Shown: piece by piece, positions 36,875 to 51,410 of the stretch
How the letters are laid out: every line of letters begins with the position of its first letter
How positions within the stretch are numbered: position 1 is the stretch's first letter
NCBI RefSeq assembly: GCF_018977255.1
Contig: NW_024704742.1
Coordinates: forward strand, 25,670,001 to 25,734,000
DNA: 64,000 nt
Direction: 5' to 3'
Source of the DNA: Callorhinchus milii
Taxonomy: Eukaryota
Notes under the pieces: generated by a model
What the model was told of the DNA's origin: nothing
Database searches by the model: none
The model's input: only the letters and a program-made list of their open reading frames with translations
Translations under genes and position numbers: made by a program

Positions 36875-38211
36875 TCATTTGTTCCATAGTCACATTCACA
36901 ACATTGGATTTCTGGCTTGGAAACGTTCCCAAACTATGGGAAAATCTTGTGGAGACCATCCATAAAAATTATTGGTTTGCATGGTCTGGCTCTGAGCTCT
37001 CCCTGAGTTTCCAACCTCCAGCAGGGCTACCCTTATAACCTATAAGCTACCTCTCAAGGTGGGTCTCAGTGCCTCTGGAAGCAACAACAATAATAATAAT
37101 AATAATAATAATAATCCTTGCATTTGATATAGTGTTTTTCACGTCGAGAGGACGTCCCAAAGCGCTTTACAGAATACACTGTAAAGTGAATTGACTGTAT
37201 ATTTGTGGGCGAACGCGGCAGCTAATTGCGCACAGCAATGTCCCACAAACAGTCGTAGATTGAAAATGACCAATTTATTATTGGTTTTGGTTTTTTGGAG
37301 GGATTATTATTAGGCTCTGTGTGGAGTAAGGAAACTTGCCCAAGGTTTCGCCCTGTCTGGAATTGAACTCAGGTCTCTCGCTTGCAAACCACTGAGCTAT
37401 AGGACTCCACAATGGTAAATACATTAGACCAGTCCCGGCCAAACTACAGCCCATGGATCTGGAAGCGGCCCCCGAATATTCGCACGAGTCTAAGTAAGTC
37501 CGGGTTTGATCGGTATTGTGTTTCCAGGTTTTTCTTGATTGAATATTTCTTGATTTATGGTATATTCAAATCAAGAACATTTATTTTGTTGGCCGACCAA
37601 AAAGATTGGCCACCCAATTCAGGATTTTATTTCAGCCTTGTGAGGATATCTGGCTAGGGGCCTGTGTACGTTGTATCCACTTACAGAAGGTCATCGGGTC
37701 AAACATAAGCTGCCATCTTACTGGTGGCAGACCTGAAGGTAAATGTTGCATCAAGTGTGCTATCCAGGGTATAATACATTGGAAGCTCATCACGCACTGA
37801 CCACAAACATTACTCATCTTCTCGTGTGTTTGTATAGCATTGTGTGGCAGTGAGTTGAAGTATGATAGTCCTCAGTGTCACACACTCTGATTGTGCTGAT
37901 TTGAGTTAATATATCTGTAGTGTTCCAAGGGTTGAAATTCCAGTCATGTGCAGTTGCACTAACAATGTCAGTTGCTAATGAGATTTCACCGTTACTGCTC
38001 CAGAGGCTCTGAGACCCACCTTTTGAGGTAGCTCTTATCCAGGGCCTATTGGAATAGACTTGTTGGAGGTTGGAAGTTCATGGGGAGCTCAGAGTCAGCC
38101 CATGTAGAGCAAATAACACTTTTATCGATGGCCTCCACAAGATTTCCCTTTAAACAGGGAGGTTTCTGGGCCAGAAATCCAATATTGTCAATGTGACTTT
38201 GGAACAAATGA
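36875..38211. repeat. Diverged inverted repeat of about 205 bp (36875-37080 / 37999-38211)
   Basis: The reverse complement of the left arm aligns along its whole length with the right arm (e.g. ccagagg.ctgagacccacc, gccagaaatccaat.ttgt.aatgtgact.tggaacaaatga). Confidence 0.88.
37086..37408 (-). mobile_element. SINE family A, short subfamily
   Basis: Near-identical to 53577-53910 apart from a small head deletion. Confidence 0.93.
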
Positions 38212-40611
38212 TTATGAGCAATTCACCTACAAAATACACAGTCACTATACTTTGTATTAAAATCCTGTCATGCGTTTTGAGACATCCACCTAACGTGAAA
38301 GATGCTATAACAAATGTCAGGATTACTTATTTATTATTTATATTATTTATAATTGCACATGTCCAAGTCATTACATTGACGTCAGATTGAAATTTCAGCC
38401 CACAAAGGTAAACGTTGTGCTGAAAAATTAATGAAAATGTGCTGGATGAGATTTTTCTCAAACTCTTTGAGATATCTGCTCTGGGGTCTCTGGCTTGTAT
38501 CCACTTAGCGAGGTCATCGGGTTATATATAATAGCTGTCATCTGATTGTTTTATAATTCCAGTCTTGGATCTTCCTCCCTCTGAACAGCCCTGGCCTGCT
38601 GTGTTATCAAGTCATTTCAATTCCATTAGTAACATCTTGAACAAACACATAAACAAACAAACAAGCAGACCAGGCTTTGTTTAATAAGGCCAAAAGACAG
38701 CCAGGTAATAAATATTGTAACACTTTCTCCCACTCTCCCAAGCCCCACCCGAAAAGTTGTTTAAAACTTTTTCTGTTGGGATCTTTCAGTAAATCTTATT
38801 TATTCTGTGTTCCTTCCTATATTGCAGACGTTATGAATGACATTCGGTACACAGAAGGAAATTATTTTGACACCATAATAAACTGCACTTTTCATGACCA
38901 ACTTGAAGTCTTGCTATATGATGCTCACGACGTGTCTGTCTGATAATCGAATGCAATTCATCACGCTCTGCAGTCTACCCACTTTAAGCCTCATGCTTTG
39001 CAAAAATATATATGACCTGTTAGCTAAGTACAGTCTTGTGCTGTGTCCGCTCTGAGTTAGATTTAGGAACTCACTGTCAGTCACAGAAAAACATCTCTTC
39101 TGTAGTTTAATCTCTGAGATAAGAATGTTGGGAATCCAACTCAAGGCTCATTAAACAGAGTGCTGCAAGACACCAGACATAGACGACTCCTGGCTTCAGG
39201 ATAAGAGCTGGAACCATCCAATGCTTAGTAGTAGAATTTGAAATGTAAGTGATATATAACATTAAAGAGAGAAAATGTGATTTCCAATATCTCTCCTGGT
39301 AGTGAAGTATTACAGTGAGTGATCTGATAATTATCACATTGAGTCTGTTATGTAATGTCCCAGTTAGAAATCCCATGGTCTCTAAACTTAAATCTTTAAA
39401 ACCCAATGACTGAGCCTGAGGTTCCAGTCAATTTCATCATAATGCCTACACTGTCTGGATTTAATATTTTGCAGCACTCCGCTGTATCACAACAGACGTT
39501 TGGATGGAGAAGGCCCTTCGGCCCATTTGATCTCATCCTTCCAGAATACCCACCCTACTGTCCCCCCATCACACTATCAAACCTTTTTAAATGAGTCCGA
39601 TATCCTAGCCACAACCACCCTTCACGATAATCTGTTCCAGGCGTTAATTATCCTCTGGATAAAGAAATAATTCCAGGTATTACTCTGAAATTGCCCTTTC
39701 ACCTCAAAATATACAGTCAATTCACTTTACACTATATTCTGTGAAGCGCTTTTTGAGATGTTTCAGTTGTGTGATAAGGCATTATATTGAATGCAAGGAT
39801 TATTATTATTATTATTTGTAGCCCTGAACTTCTGTCCCCTTATTATGCTGCCTTAGCATAATTGAAAGTATTTTTCTGGATTTGCTTTCCAAGTTCCCTT
39901 TAACATTATGATACTAAAATTACTTACTTCACTGAACTTTCAGAAATCTCCTTTTAAGTGAATCAGTTAATATTGTTGATATTTTGCAAACTATTGCAGC
40001 CATTTAAAAACATTGGGGAGTACAGTGATAAAAAGTCATGGAGAAGACTCTTTAAATCTGAAGCAGAACAAATTTCAGAACAAACTGGCTGATTTATCAA
40101 GCTCCAAAAGAGATTATATAATGCAAATGGGGATTTCAGGGTTACTCTAAATCCTGTGACTACTATCCAGCTATCTCATTAACTACCACATGCAGAGCCC
40201 CATAAATCTATGGCTCCTAACAGAGAAGTAAAGGAACTATTGCTAATATTGTGTTTCTAAAGGAAATAACGCTACAATATTCTTACCAGGATTTCTACAA
40301 CACTTCTGGATCCTGCAGATGTCCTTCTTATAGATTCCTTCTAAAATTAAATCTGTGTTCAAAGTACATCAAAGAAATCACATGCACCATGCCGTGTCTT
40401 TATCAATGGAAATATTGAAGACTTTTAAAAGAGGCTCTGGGTACTCTCTGGGGTTTGACACAATGGCTCTGCAGGTTAATAAGAGATTGTATTTGATCAA
40501 TGTTGTTCGGAAAGCGTCTTATCTACATTAATCCACACTATACACTGAGCCAAGTAGTTAATGCAGACTTCAACACACTTTTTAACAGTCTAAATGTACT
40601 CAACATTAGCA

Positions 40612-40855
40612 GAGGCCCAAACTTTCACCTAGTCTTAGCCCATAAGACTATTTTGACTTGCAATTTAATATCTCCACAGAATTGTGAAAAAAAATTAAAT
40701 CCAGTCTCAATTTAAAAGTTGGTTCTTTTTAAGAACTGCAAAAAATAGTTCTAAAAATTAAGATTGAATTTTAGAATTTTTTGCAATTCTGTGAGATGTT
40801 AAATTTTCAGACAATAAGGTCTTATAGGCTATGACCAGGTGGAATTTCAGATCTT
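40612..40855. mobile_element. Palindromic MITE-like family 1, best-preserved copy
   Basis: Arms of about 110 bp, complementary end to end. Confidence 0.8.
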
Positions 40856-40924
40856 GGTCTGTAAAATTCTGCTGATGGTTGCACTGAAGGAGGGTAATAA
40901 GCTCTATGCAGGAAGATAAGACTT

Positions 40925-41140
40925 ATAATAATAACAATAATAATAATCCTTGCATTTGATATAGTGCTTTTCACATCTTCTAGACTCCCAAAGCACTTCA
41001 CAGAACATACTGTAAAGTGAATTGACTGTATATTTGTGGGCGAACCCGGCAGCCAATTACGCACAGCAATGTCCCACAAACAGTCATGGATTGAAAATGA
41101 CCAATTTATTATTGTTTTGTTTTTTTGGAAGGATTATTAT
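40925..41140 (-). mobile_element. SINE family A, 3' part
   Basis: Deu-like block and tail. Confidence 0.9.
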
Positions 41141-41204
41141 TTTCATGTGCATTAAACAATTGTGTTTTAAGACCCATTCCATCCAGAACAAATTATGCTT
41201 AATA

Positions 41205-41803
41205 TATGCTTTCATTACATTGAGACTCAACTATGCAAATTCATTGCTTGTTGGCCTCCCCAACTCCTCCCTCCATAGTCTGCAGATCATCCAGAACTCT
41301 GCAGCCCGTGTCCTCTCCCGCACTAGGCTCCGTGACCCTATCATCCCCATTCTTGCCCAACTCCACTGGCTTCTCATCACACAGAGGATACAGTTCACGA
41401 TCCTGGTCCTCACCTTCAAAGCCCTCCAAGGTCTTTCTCCCCCAATACCTCTGTGACGTCTTAACCCCCTACCATCCTGCTCGCTCCCTCCCCTCAGCAG
41501 GCTCCGGCCTGCTTCACATCCCCCACTTGCTCGCCCCACTATTGGTGGGTGGGCCTTCTGCCACTCTGCTTCCATCCTCTGGAACTCCATCCCGCAGTCC
41601 CTCCGTCTTGCCCCCTCCCTTGCCTCTTTCAAGACTCATCTCAAGACCCTCCTCTTCGACCGTGCTTTCGACTACCTGTTTCCCCCCCTGCCCTCCACCC
41701 ACCCTGACCCCAACCCCTAGCTTGGGTCCAAAACTCTGTCTGTCCAGCACCTTGGGATGTCCTCCCGACATGAAAGGCACTATACAAATGATTTGGTTGT
41801 TGT
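41205..41803 (+). mobile_element. L2 3' region
   Basis: AFITLRLNYANSLLVGLP..LQIIQNSAARVL..PILAQLHWL..RIQFTILVLTFKAL, then stem-loop and (TTG)n. Confidence 0.93.
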
Positions 41804-44800
41804 TAATCATGGAACAAATGTAATGGTTGTGAACTCCATCCCTCAGCCAAATCTGCTACTAATGCATCTCAGTGCACACACCATAACCCCACTCACTATT
41901 AAACCACTAGGTTTGTATTATTTTTCTCCTGCAATTGTCTCCCCCTCCTCTTTTCCAGAAGGTGCTGGGTGTAGTTTCACAGATGCTGTGTGCCCTCTGG
42001 TATCTCTCACAAGTGATAGTCCTTCAGGTACAAGCCAGGGTAGTGAGTATTGGAAGCCGATTTGACTGAGTGTGTGTGTGTGGGGGGGGGGGGGGGGGCG
42101 GGGGGTTTGGGGGGGTGGTATGTGGGAGGGTGGGGGAAAGTGTGTGTGTGTGGATGGCAATGTGTGTGTTGGGTGGATGTGAGAGTGGAGGGGAAGGAAA
42201 GGATCTCAGTTGAACCTGATTCTGTTCTCAGCAAATTTTAACACAGACATACTTTCCACCATGGGTTACTATTCTTGTTTTTAATTAAACAACCTCCAGG
42301 GCTGGGATGTGGTGTGGGCTGAAGCATTGTATTTTCAGAGTTCCTCTGAAAATGAGAAATTAAACCGAGATCCTTTTTCCTGCTTGTGTGGATGTTTGAC
42401 AATCCTGTGAAACTATGTGAAAGAAGGGAGTGTTTCCCTAAGTCTTGATAAAAACTAGTTACTCACTTCATGCGTGTTTGTGGGAGCCTGTTGTGTGCAA
42501 AATGACTGCTGTGTTTTTCCTACAAAATCCGATACCACACTTGATAGTAATTAGTGTAAAGTGCTATGAAATCTTTCCAGGTAATAACACACTATAAAAG
42601 TCTTCCTAATACCCACATCTATCATGTAATCAATGAGCAGGTGAAGTTGTTTGATGTCTTAAATTGTTTACGGTTCCATCTAACTACATACTGTATCTGC
42701 ATACTTTGTATTGTTAACCACCCTCTTTCTACTTCACTGAGCCTAACAATCTTTCCTGCACTCAAGTCTTAAAAGTGTTTGTTCAGGCAATAATGAAGGG
42801 GCTGTCCCTGTGTGTTTGTTAGAGGTGTGAGTGCACCAATGTTTATTTTGACGTGTGTGGGGTGGGTATACACCTCTTTGTTCATTATTGCCATTAGATT
42901 TTTTAAATCAAAATATATATAATCATTTGTTGATGTATATTTACGCTTGTCTCAGACAGTATTGAACCCGTTACAGAAAAGAAGACACAACATGTTATTA
43001 TCCCATTACAGAATGCAACAGACCCGGCCCCTTTTGGCTGGGTGGCCTCTGCGCACTCCAAAGGGTGTCAGAACCCAGAGTTACAAATGGGGTCTTGTAC
43101 CCCCTTCTCTATCCCTCCCATCTTAGTGGAGAGTGTGAACAGGTTCACAGCACCCAGGACGTGCACACGTTTTTTGGGACGTTCTGTTTAAGACAGTTGG
43201 GAATCTCCCCTGTGTGCACTGCATCCATGTGTGCGCCCACACACACCTTGATAATGCCCATTTGCCACTTTCGCATGGCGCCCCGATTTGCACCGTATGC
43301 ACACGTTTACCCAAATACACACCCAGAAACCTCACAAACACAAACCCATACACATTCACTGTATACCCAATTAGTCCCACCCCTGGCACTGTGGCATCCC
43401 TGCTGTTCCCTATTTCTACAGGAAGCAGTTACATGGGTGGGCTAGTCCCAGCTCTGCCATGAGATCATACCCTTTGTAATTTTTAAAGTAGACTACCAAT
43501 TTTTCTCGTTCAATTTTCTTCCCTTCCTATCTCAAGGCATTTGACACTGTGCTCCTTCTACTTGGTATGTGGTACAGTAGACTTCAGTCCCTCTAACATC
43601 TCACAGAAGTATTTTGTAATCTATAGTCCAGGCAGGCTATTTAACCCAGTGTGTGGCTGTGTGTGTGTGTTGGAGTTGACAGAAAAGAGGGCTAATTTTG
43701 TATGTGCCTGATATCCACACATGTGCAAGGGGCCTGGGTCATGATTCACAATCTGTGCTTTTACACGTTTCAGCCAAGGTGATTGTAAATTTACTGCAGT
43801 AGGTTTCACCTCCACTTGAGTTCGAGAATAAAAAAATTGTCAGGTTTATTTGATATTCAGTGTACATTACTGGAAAGCACTCATGTATATAGAGATAATT
43901 ATACCTGAGGATAACCATCACATTCCACATTTTTCCACAGGAGTTTGTACCAGCAAGGTGCTACAAACAGTCATAAAGCGCATGATCAATTTATCTGGGG
44001 GATTATTGGCTAGGGCATCTGGAGAAACACCCTTTGCTTTTCATATAGATCCATGAGTTCTTTAATATCCACCTGAACGGGAAGGACGGAACTTCACTAT
44101 AACATCTCATTCAAAGGACGGCACCTACGAAAACAGAGCGTTGCAACAATAGCGTGTTCCCCATAGTAGTGCATGAGAGTGTCAGTCTGGAATGTGTGCT
44201 CAAGTCCTGATGTGCACTGTATCTCGTGCATACAACACACCTGTCTGGATTCTACTCCCCTATTTGTATTGCTATAATTCCTACAATTGTAATATACTCA
44301 CTCATATTCAGATGACAAAATAAAACTATGTGACGGTGTATCTTAAGAAGAAAGCTTGTCAATCTCCAAAGGTCAAAGAACAACATTTTGCACTTAAATA
44401 ACACGTGTTACACAAGAGAACGTCTCGAGGCATTGTACATGGACCGTGTGCGACATACTGGAAGACTCGAACAATGGATGAAATTTGTAGTATGCTATCT
44501 AGCAATTATCACAAGGTAAAGAATTTGCACTTTTGTCAGGTGTTTTAACTACTGGTTTGAGGCTGAACACACTGGGCAGTGATTTTACCAACAGAACTAT
44601 GAGTAAGCTATTCCTTTGGTCATTCCTCAAGAATAGTATTGGATTTGAAAGGTATTTTACACATATACATTTTGTGGGGGAGAATCCATATAATATACAT
44701 CATCTCTCCAGATAGGAGCAGTGTTGTTTATTATTAAAAAATCGATAGGCATTGTGCTGTGTTGGCAGATATGAACTGGAGTAACAACAGAGCTATAAAT

Positions 44801-47457
44801 GGCCTCAACACCACTGCTGTTTCTCCTAAGGCAATTGTTATTGGTGAATTAGAGAAAGATATGTCTCTCTCTCTCGACGTGACTTCACAAATTGCACTCT
44901 TTTCTGGATCATGGAGCAAGCGAAATAGTTGGTGAATTTCTCACTTGCATTGTTGATATGAAGAATGGCAGACATCTAGTGGACAACTGCCTTCAGTGTG
45001 GTGGGAGGGCCTTTACAGGACAGCTTGTGATGTTCTTGAGGTCCAAGTCCAATAACACAAACCAGGCTTACTCAGCATCAGCTGCTTAATCCAGGTCCTC
45101 ATGCGAGGGGCCTTGGCAAATAAATGTGCCCACTGTGAAGCTGCCTCCTCCTCCAGGTGCTTAGTGACAGGTCAGTGTAGGCCAGAGCTCTCCCTCCCTG
45201 TTGCCGCTTCCTGTGTTTGGCACAAATTCACGTCACTGCTTGAACCTAGACTTTGTAAAAGGGTCGGAGGAAGCTTCACCCAAATAGAATTAGTCATCCA
45301 CTTCATAGCTGTTTGTGGGTCATTGCTGTGTGAAATCTTGGTGCTGTGTTCGCCCACAAATTACACAATCACTGCATTTTACAGTACATGCTATGAAGCG
45401 CTTCGGGATGTTCTCCTGACGTGAAAAGTGCAACAAGCAAATGTGAGGATTATTATTATTATTGCTATTATGATTATCGTCACACTGCTCTGTGTGACAG
45501 AATGCTTCCTGACCTTAATTCTATCCATTTTGGCCCTGATTTTAAGGCTATCTCGCTGTGTAACAGATCCCTGTACCAGAGGGAAGAGCTGTCCTCCATC
45601 TAACCTGTCAATTCCTTTCATTATTTTAAATACTTCAATCAAGTCACGCCTTAACCTTCTCTGTTCTAAGGAATATAACCCCAGGCTCAGCCTTTCAATC
45701 CTTCAGTGTCTCTAGTGTAGCCTTAATTGGTCAGTGGACGAATAGAGTGGAAACTGCTGCATCTTAATTCTCTCTCAATAAATTGGTTGTTAGTGGTACA
45801 CTTTTCCCAGTGATCACTGAACAGTCATCTTTCTGTAATATGTCATGACCTGTACAGTTAAGAAAACTACAATCAGTTGTAAATTGTATAATGCAGTCCA
45901 CTGGTAATTGTAATGTACAAAGGGCACATCATTCAGATCAAAGGGCATTAGCTGTGGCGTCTGCCTTATATTTCAATAATGGCGCAAAACAACACTCCTT
46001 GACCTCTAAGCTGCTTTCTAATAAACAAAGAAACTGTTATATTTTGAAGCCAAAACCAAATTACAGTGAAGCTGGCTTCATACTTTAATTTATTCCAACA
46101 TCAAACGCACAATAAGTGCAGCTGCAAGGACATTAACATTCTGCTCCGTTTTAATTCCAAAACATCATCAATGAAGCTTCCAGTCAAAAAGTGAGTGAAT
46201 GTAGAAGCTTATAAGGAAACCTTCACTGTGAACGATTGGTTTGTTCTTTGGATTAAGACTGGTCAAAGGCTAGTTGATTTCTGGTGAGATTCATTAATAG
46301 CATTTCTGGGTTACAATTGGGGTTTCCTTCTGGTAAACAGAAGTACCTCATGCTGTGCTGAGGGAAACCTGCTCCAGAAGTGAATTGCGTCAGAGCGAAA
46401 CAATACTGAATGTTTTATTGACTTACTTATTACTTATTGCGGATTATACATAACATTACTGAATATCGATATACATGACATATTTCAGGAGCATTCATGC
46501 ATTTACATATATTTTGTCTGGATTGAAATAGACAAATTATGTGAGGATTCTCCACAAGTTCTTCAATATGTAGAAAATGATTTCTTCCTTGCAATGTTGA
46601 TATGAGGAATGGCAGGTCTCATGATATAAACAGCATCACTATGGTGCTGGATATTGGCAAAGCCTCTTGAAACATTACCAGTTGACATTAATAGATCTAA
46701 ACCAATGTTCTGTTTTCAGATACTTGGATGTAGATCAATGTCATGCTAACCCAATTGCAATCTCCCTTGTGTCCATGTGTATGACCGATCAGCAGCAGAC
46801 TACGTCAATGCTTTAATGGATTATCCACCTTAATGCTTCAGAATTTCTCATGCAGTTACATTGTAGATTCCCTTACAAGCACATCAATATCTGTTTGTGT
46901 CATGTCATGTGCAAGACATAAGTTAGGTTATGTGATTCTAGCTGCTTTGGACAGCACTTTCCATTTATTCTGATATTTCCAGCACAACTTTTTCCTCTAC
47001 TTAAAGTGATGACCCGTGGTTTGTGGTTCAGTTCCACAAATGCCAGCTGCTCTCTTGTATCTAGTCCAGGTGCTTAGTCTTACTTTTTGAGCTGGGACAT
47101 GAGTGTAGGTGAGCTGTTCAAGGATAGGGCAAGGGGACAATTCATCTGAACCTAATCCTAACCTCATGCAGCAAGTACAAACATATACTTTCTGGTCAGA
47201 TGAACAGGTCTGTCCGATGCCATAGCATGATTCAAGAAGTGGAGCAATTTTCTTTGAGTTTCCTGGCCAAAAATTCCCTGAATAAAACTAGTTGTTTGCT
47301 TCATGGCTGTTTGTGGGATATTGCTGTGTGCAAAATTGACTGTTGCATTCGCCAACAATTACAGTCACTACATTTGTGAAGCACTTTCAGACATCTAAAC
47401 AACATGATAAGGCATTATATCGATTGGAAGGGTTATTATTACTTTTATTGGCATAGT

Positions 47458-47773
47458 GGAGTCCTGTAGCTCAGTGGTTAGAGCACTTTGCAAGTGAGAG
47501 ACCTGAGTTCAATTCCAGGCAGGGCGAAACCTTGGGCAAGTTTCCTTACTCCACACGCCTAATAATAATCCTTCCAAAAAACCAAAAACAATAATAAATT
47601 GGTCATTTTCAATCTACGACCTTTTGTGGGACATTGCTGTGCGCAATTGGCTGCCACGTTCACCCACAAAAATATACAGTCAATTCACTTTACAGTGTGT
47701 TCTGTAAATGTTTTGGGACATCCTCCCGACGTGAAAAGCGCTATATCAAATGCAAGGATTATTATTATTATTA
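47458..47773 (+). mobile_element. SINE family A, short subfamily, full length
   Basis: GGAGTCCTGTAGCTCAGTGG start, ccttgggcaagt, tail. Preceded by a family-B remnant at about 47200-47440. Confidence 0.93.
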
Positions 47774-47889
47774 TCAACAGCATGAATTCTAGCAGATCCC
47801 CCCACCCCCAGCTCATTAGGAGTGCTAATTTCAATTGTATTACTTTCTCCCTACTGTAAAACTGCAAATGACTTAATTCAGTATAGATC

Positions 47890-48158
47890 ATATCATTGGC
47901 AGGTGGACCTTCTGCCACTCTGCCCCCACCCTCTGGAAGTTCATCCCGCTATCCCTCCACCTCACCTTCTCCCTTGCCTCCTTCAAGACCCATCTCAAGA
48001 CCGTCCTCTTCAACTGTACTTTCGATCTCCCTGCTTCCCGCCTGCCCTTCACCCTCCCCAATCTTGAACCAGCTCGGGTCCAAAACACTGACTGTCCAGC
48101 ATCATGGGATGTCATCCAACATGAAAGGCGCTATACAAATGCAATTTTGTTGTTGTTG
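47890..48158 (+). mobile_element. L2 3' end
   Basis: Homologous to 41530-41803. Confidence 0.88.
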
Positions 48159-48171
48159 TACATTGAATTAT

Positions 48172-48575
48172 AACAACAACAAATTACATTTATATATTTC
48201 GCATCAGGATGATGACCCAGGACCTGGACAATCGAGGGTTCACACCCAAGCTAGAGGTTGGATTTGAAAGGGATGGAGACAAAGGGGGGTGGGGTGGTAA
48301 GATGAACAACAGCACAAACGAAGAGTAAAGTCTTGAGATAGACCTTGAAGGAGGCAAGGGAAGAGGCAAGATGAAGGGATGGAGTTCCAGAGGTTAGGGG
48401 CAGAAAGGCGAAGACCCAACCACCAATGGTGGGGTGGGCAGGGTAGGGGACATAGAGCAGGCCAGTGCTCACTGAGCAGAGGGAGCAGGTGGGTTGATAA
48501 GATTGTAGCAGGTTGAGAGGTAGGGTGGGCAAGATCTTGGCAGGCGTCAAAGATCATAACGAGGATATAAACCTA
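48172..48575 (-). mobile_element. L2 3' end, tail-to-tail with the previous copy
   Basis: TGLLYVP..TIGG..LWNSIP..SFKVYLKTLLF. Confidence 0.85.
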
Positions 48576-49855
48576 TACAAAGTGTTTCTTTTTTCTTTTG
48601 TAAAATCACAACCACAATTTGAACTTATATACTGTAATACCTTTCACATACTGCTTCACAAGGGGGGAGTTATTGAACAGAGATGGAAGGGACGGAGTTT
48701 GAGAACATTGGCCTAAAGCCAGGTCAAAGTGACATCCTCCCCATGTGAAAGGTGCTGTACAAATGTAATCTTGTTGTTGTTGTTTTCGAGCATTTTGAAG
48801 TTGAAGAGAGAGGTCCAAAGTAAAGTGATTTGGGGAGAGAGTTCAAGAGAGTGGAGCTGATGGTTAGGCTAGGCTAGGAGTTAGAAACAAAGCTGTTGAC
48901 CAGAAGTCAGGAGAGTGGAAGATATTGACTGGAGAATAGGGTTGGAAGAGATTGGGTGGGGAGAATAGTGAAGGGATTTGAAGGTCAGCCCAAGGATCGT
49001 GAAATCAATCTCCTGGGAACTGGTGCTTGAGTAACTTAACAATAAGTTTGAAATTTGCCCAGTAGAGTTTTACTTGTTTCAGTTTGTCTATCCAGACAAA
49101 TCTGCCTAATATACAACAGAACAATTCATTGAACAGCAGCCTTTTACTCTTATCTTCTCAATATCTGACAGTAACTTGGATCTCAATTGACCTGCAGGTA
49201 GCGTGACTTGTTATAAATTTACCAATCACTGACTTCAAGAGTAGCATTATTTACCAAACTATTGATACAGATGGATTGGCTGCTCATCTCACAGTTGTTT
49301 ATGGGACGTTGCTGGCTAGATTCAGATTAACTGCTGTCTTTCCTGGATACCACAGCATCACAAGATTGGTTCAGATGAAGAAGGCCCTATAGCCCATTTG
49401 ATCTCACCCTTCCTGAATACCCACCTTACTCTATTCCTTAACATTCTCTCTCATTTCTAATCAACTATATTTTATAAAGCCTTTTGAGACATTTATTTAA
49501 TGTGATAGGTACCATATAAATGCAAGTTATTATAACTAGTAATAATAATATCCATTGATGTGACTGCTGGACTTGGACTAATTAATGTCAATTGAATGAA
49601 CTAACAATGACTTTGAGACTGATTATTACAGTTCACTGTAGAACATAACCAAATTTGTTTGTCCATCATCCAGATGAAGAATGTGATAAATACTGAGTTA
49701 TAACAATGAACTAAGCCAACACAGAATGTAGCCAGCCTCCAGTTCTATCATATGAGCTTCCTTAGTATAAATTCTCAATATATTTTGCAATTTCCAACAA
49801 TGTATGATCCTGCTTGGCTACTTTAGTTTATTAAATGTGGTGAGAGAAGCACTGA

Positions 49856-50857
49856 CATAAGAACATAAGAAATAGGAGCAGAAGTAGGCCATTCAGCCCC
49901 TCAAGCCTGCCCCGCCATTTAATAAGATCATGGCTGATCTTCAAACCTAATTCCATTTACCCGGCCTATCCCCATATCCCTTAATCTCTTTAGTTTTTAA
50001 AAATCTATCGATCTCAGTCTTGAATATGTTCAATGACTGAGCATCCACAACCTTCAGGGTAGAGAATTCCATAAATTCACTGCCCTCTGAGTGAAGAAAT
50101 GTTTTCTCAACTCAGTTCTAAAAGGCTGACCTTTAATCCTGAGGCTATGACCCCTAGTTTTAGATTCTCCAACCAGGGGAAACAGCCTCACAGCATCTAC
50201 CCTGTCAAGACCTTTAAGAATCTTATAGGTTTCTATAAGATCACCTCTAATTCTTCTATATTCTAGAGAATATAGGCCTAGTCTTCTCAATCTCTCCTCG
50301 TAGGTCAACCCCATCATCCCAGGAACCAACTTAGTGAACCTACATTGCACCGCCTCTAAGGCGAGTATATCCTTTCTTAGATAAGGAGACCAAAACTGCA
50401 TACAATATTCTAGGTGCTGTCTCACCAAGGCCCTATACAATTGCAGCAAGACTTCCCTATTCTTGTACTCTAACCCCTTTGCAATAAACTCTAACATGCT
50501 ATTAGCTTTTCTAATTGCTTGCTGTACCTGCATATTAACTTTCTATGATTGGTGTACAAGAACACCTAAATCCCTCTGAATACTAACACTACCTAGTCTC
50601 TCCCACTCTAGAAAATAATCTGCTTTTCTATTTTTTCTACCTAGGTGAATAACTTCACACTTCCCCACGTTATACTCCATCTGCCACCTTCTTGCCCACT
50701 CACTTAACGTGTCTATATCCCTTTGCATCCTCCTTGTGTCCTCCTCACAGCTTACTTTCCACCTAGCTTTGTATCGTCTGTGAATTTAGATACAATAAAC
50801 TCTATTTCCTCAGCTAAGTCATTAATGTAGACTGTAAACAGTTTAGGCCCAAGCACT
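49856..50857 (-). mobile_element. CR1 LINE, 1 kb 3' portion with late RT and C-terminal ORF2
   Basis: TDDTKLGG..QMEYNVGKCEVIH..RDLGV..KANSML..LYRALVRQHLEYC.QFWSP..RGDLIETYKI. ATAAGAAC tail. Confidence 0.96.
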
Positions 50858-50951
50858 AATGGAGCCAGGCTGACACCTAGATCTGAAACGAAGCGATTGA
50901 GAACCAGTCAGGGGAGGATTACAAAAAAGGATGTGAAACATCCGATGTTTC

Positions 50952-51410
50952 AACAACAACTTGAATTTATATAGGGTCCTTCACGCGGGGTAGCGTCCTG
51001 GACTGCTTGGCAGTGGCGGAGTCTGAGTCAGAGCAAGGGGGAAAGGAAGCAGGGAAGTGACTGCAAGCGCAATCAAAAAAAGAAGGTCTTTAGGCGAGAT
51101 TTGAAAGTGGGGAGGGAGGGGGCAAGGCGGAGGAATTGAGGGAGAGGGTTCCAGAATTTCAGGGCATAGTGGCTGAAGGCATGGCCAATGATGGCGGAGT
51201 GAAGGAATGAGGGACAAACAGGAGGCTGGAGCCAGCCAAGCGAAGGCAGCTGGTGAGGGAGTGGGGGTTTAATCAGATTGGGTAGATAGAGAGGTGTGAG
51301 TGCATGAAGGGATTTTAAAACGAGTGAGAGGATCTTGAAATAGATCCACTGGGTATTTGGGAGCCAGTGGAGCCTGGCAAGGCCTGGTGTGATGTGGGTG
51401 AGAGGATGAG
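50952..51410 (-). mobile_element. L2 3' region
   Basis: HITPGLARLHWLP..IYFKIL..AFSHYALKFWNPLP..FKSRLKTFFF. Confidence 0.92.

Noticed and set aside
41959..42027. 69-nt exon-like segment with strong acceptor
   Set aside because: Lies in the antisense 3' end of repeat family C, so the pyrimidine tract is repeat-derived.
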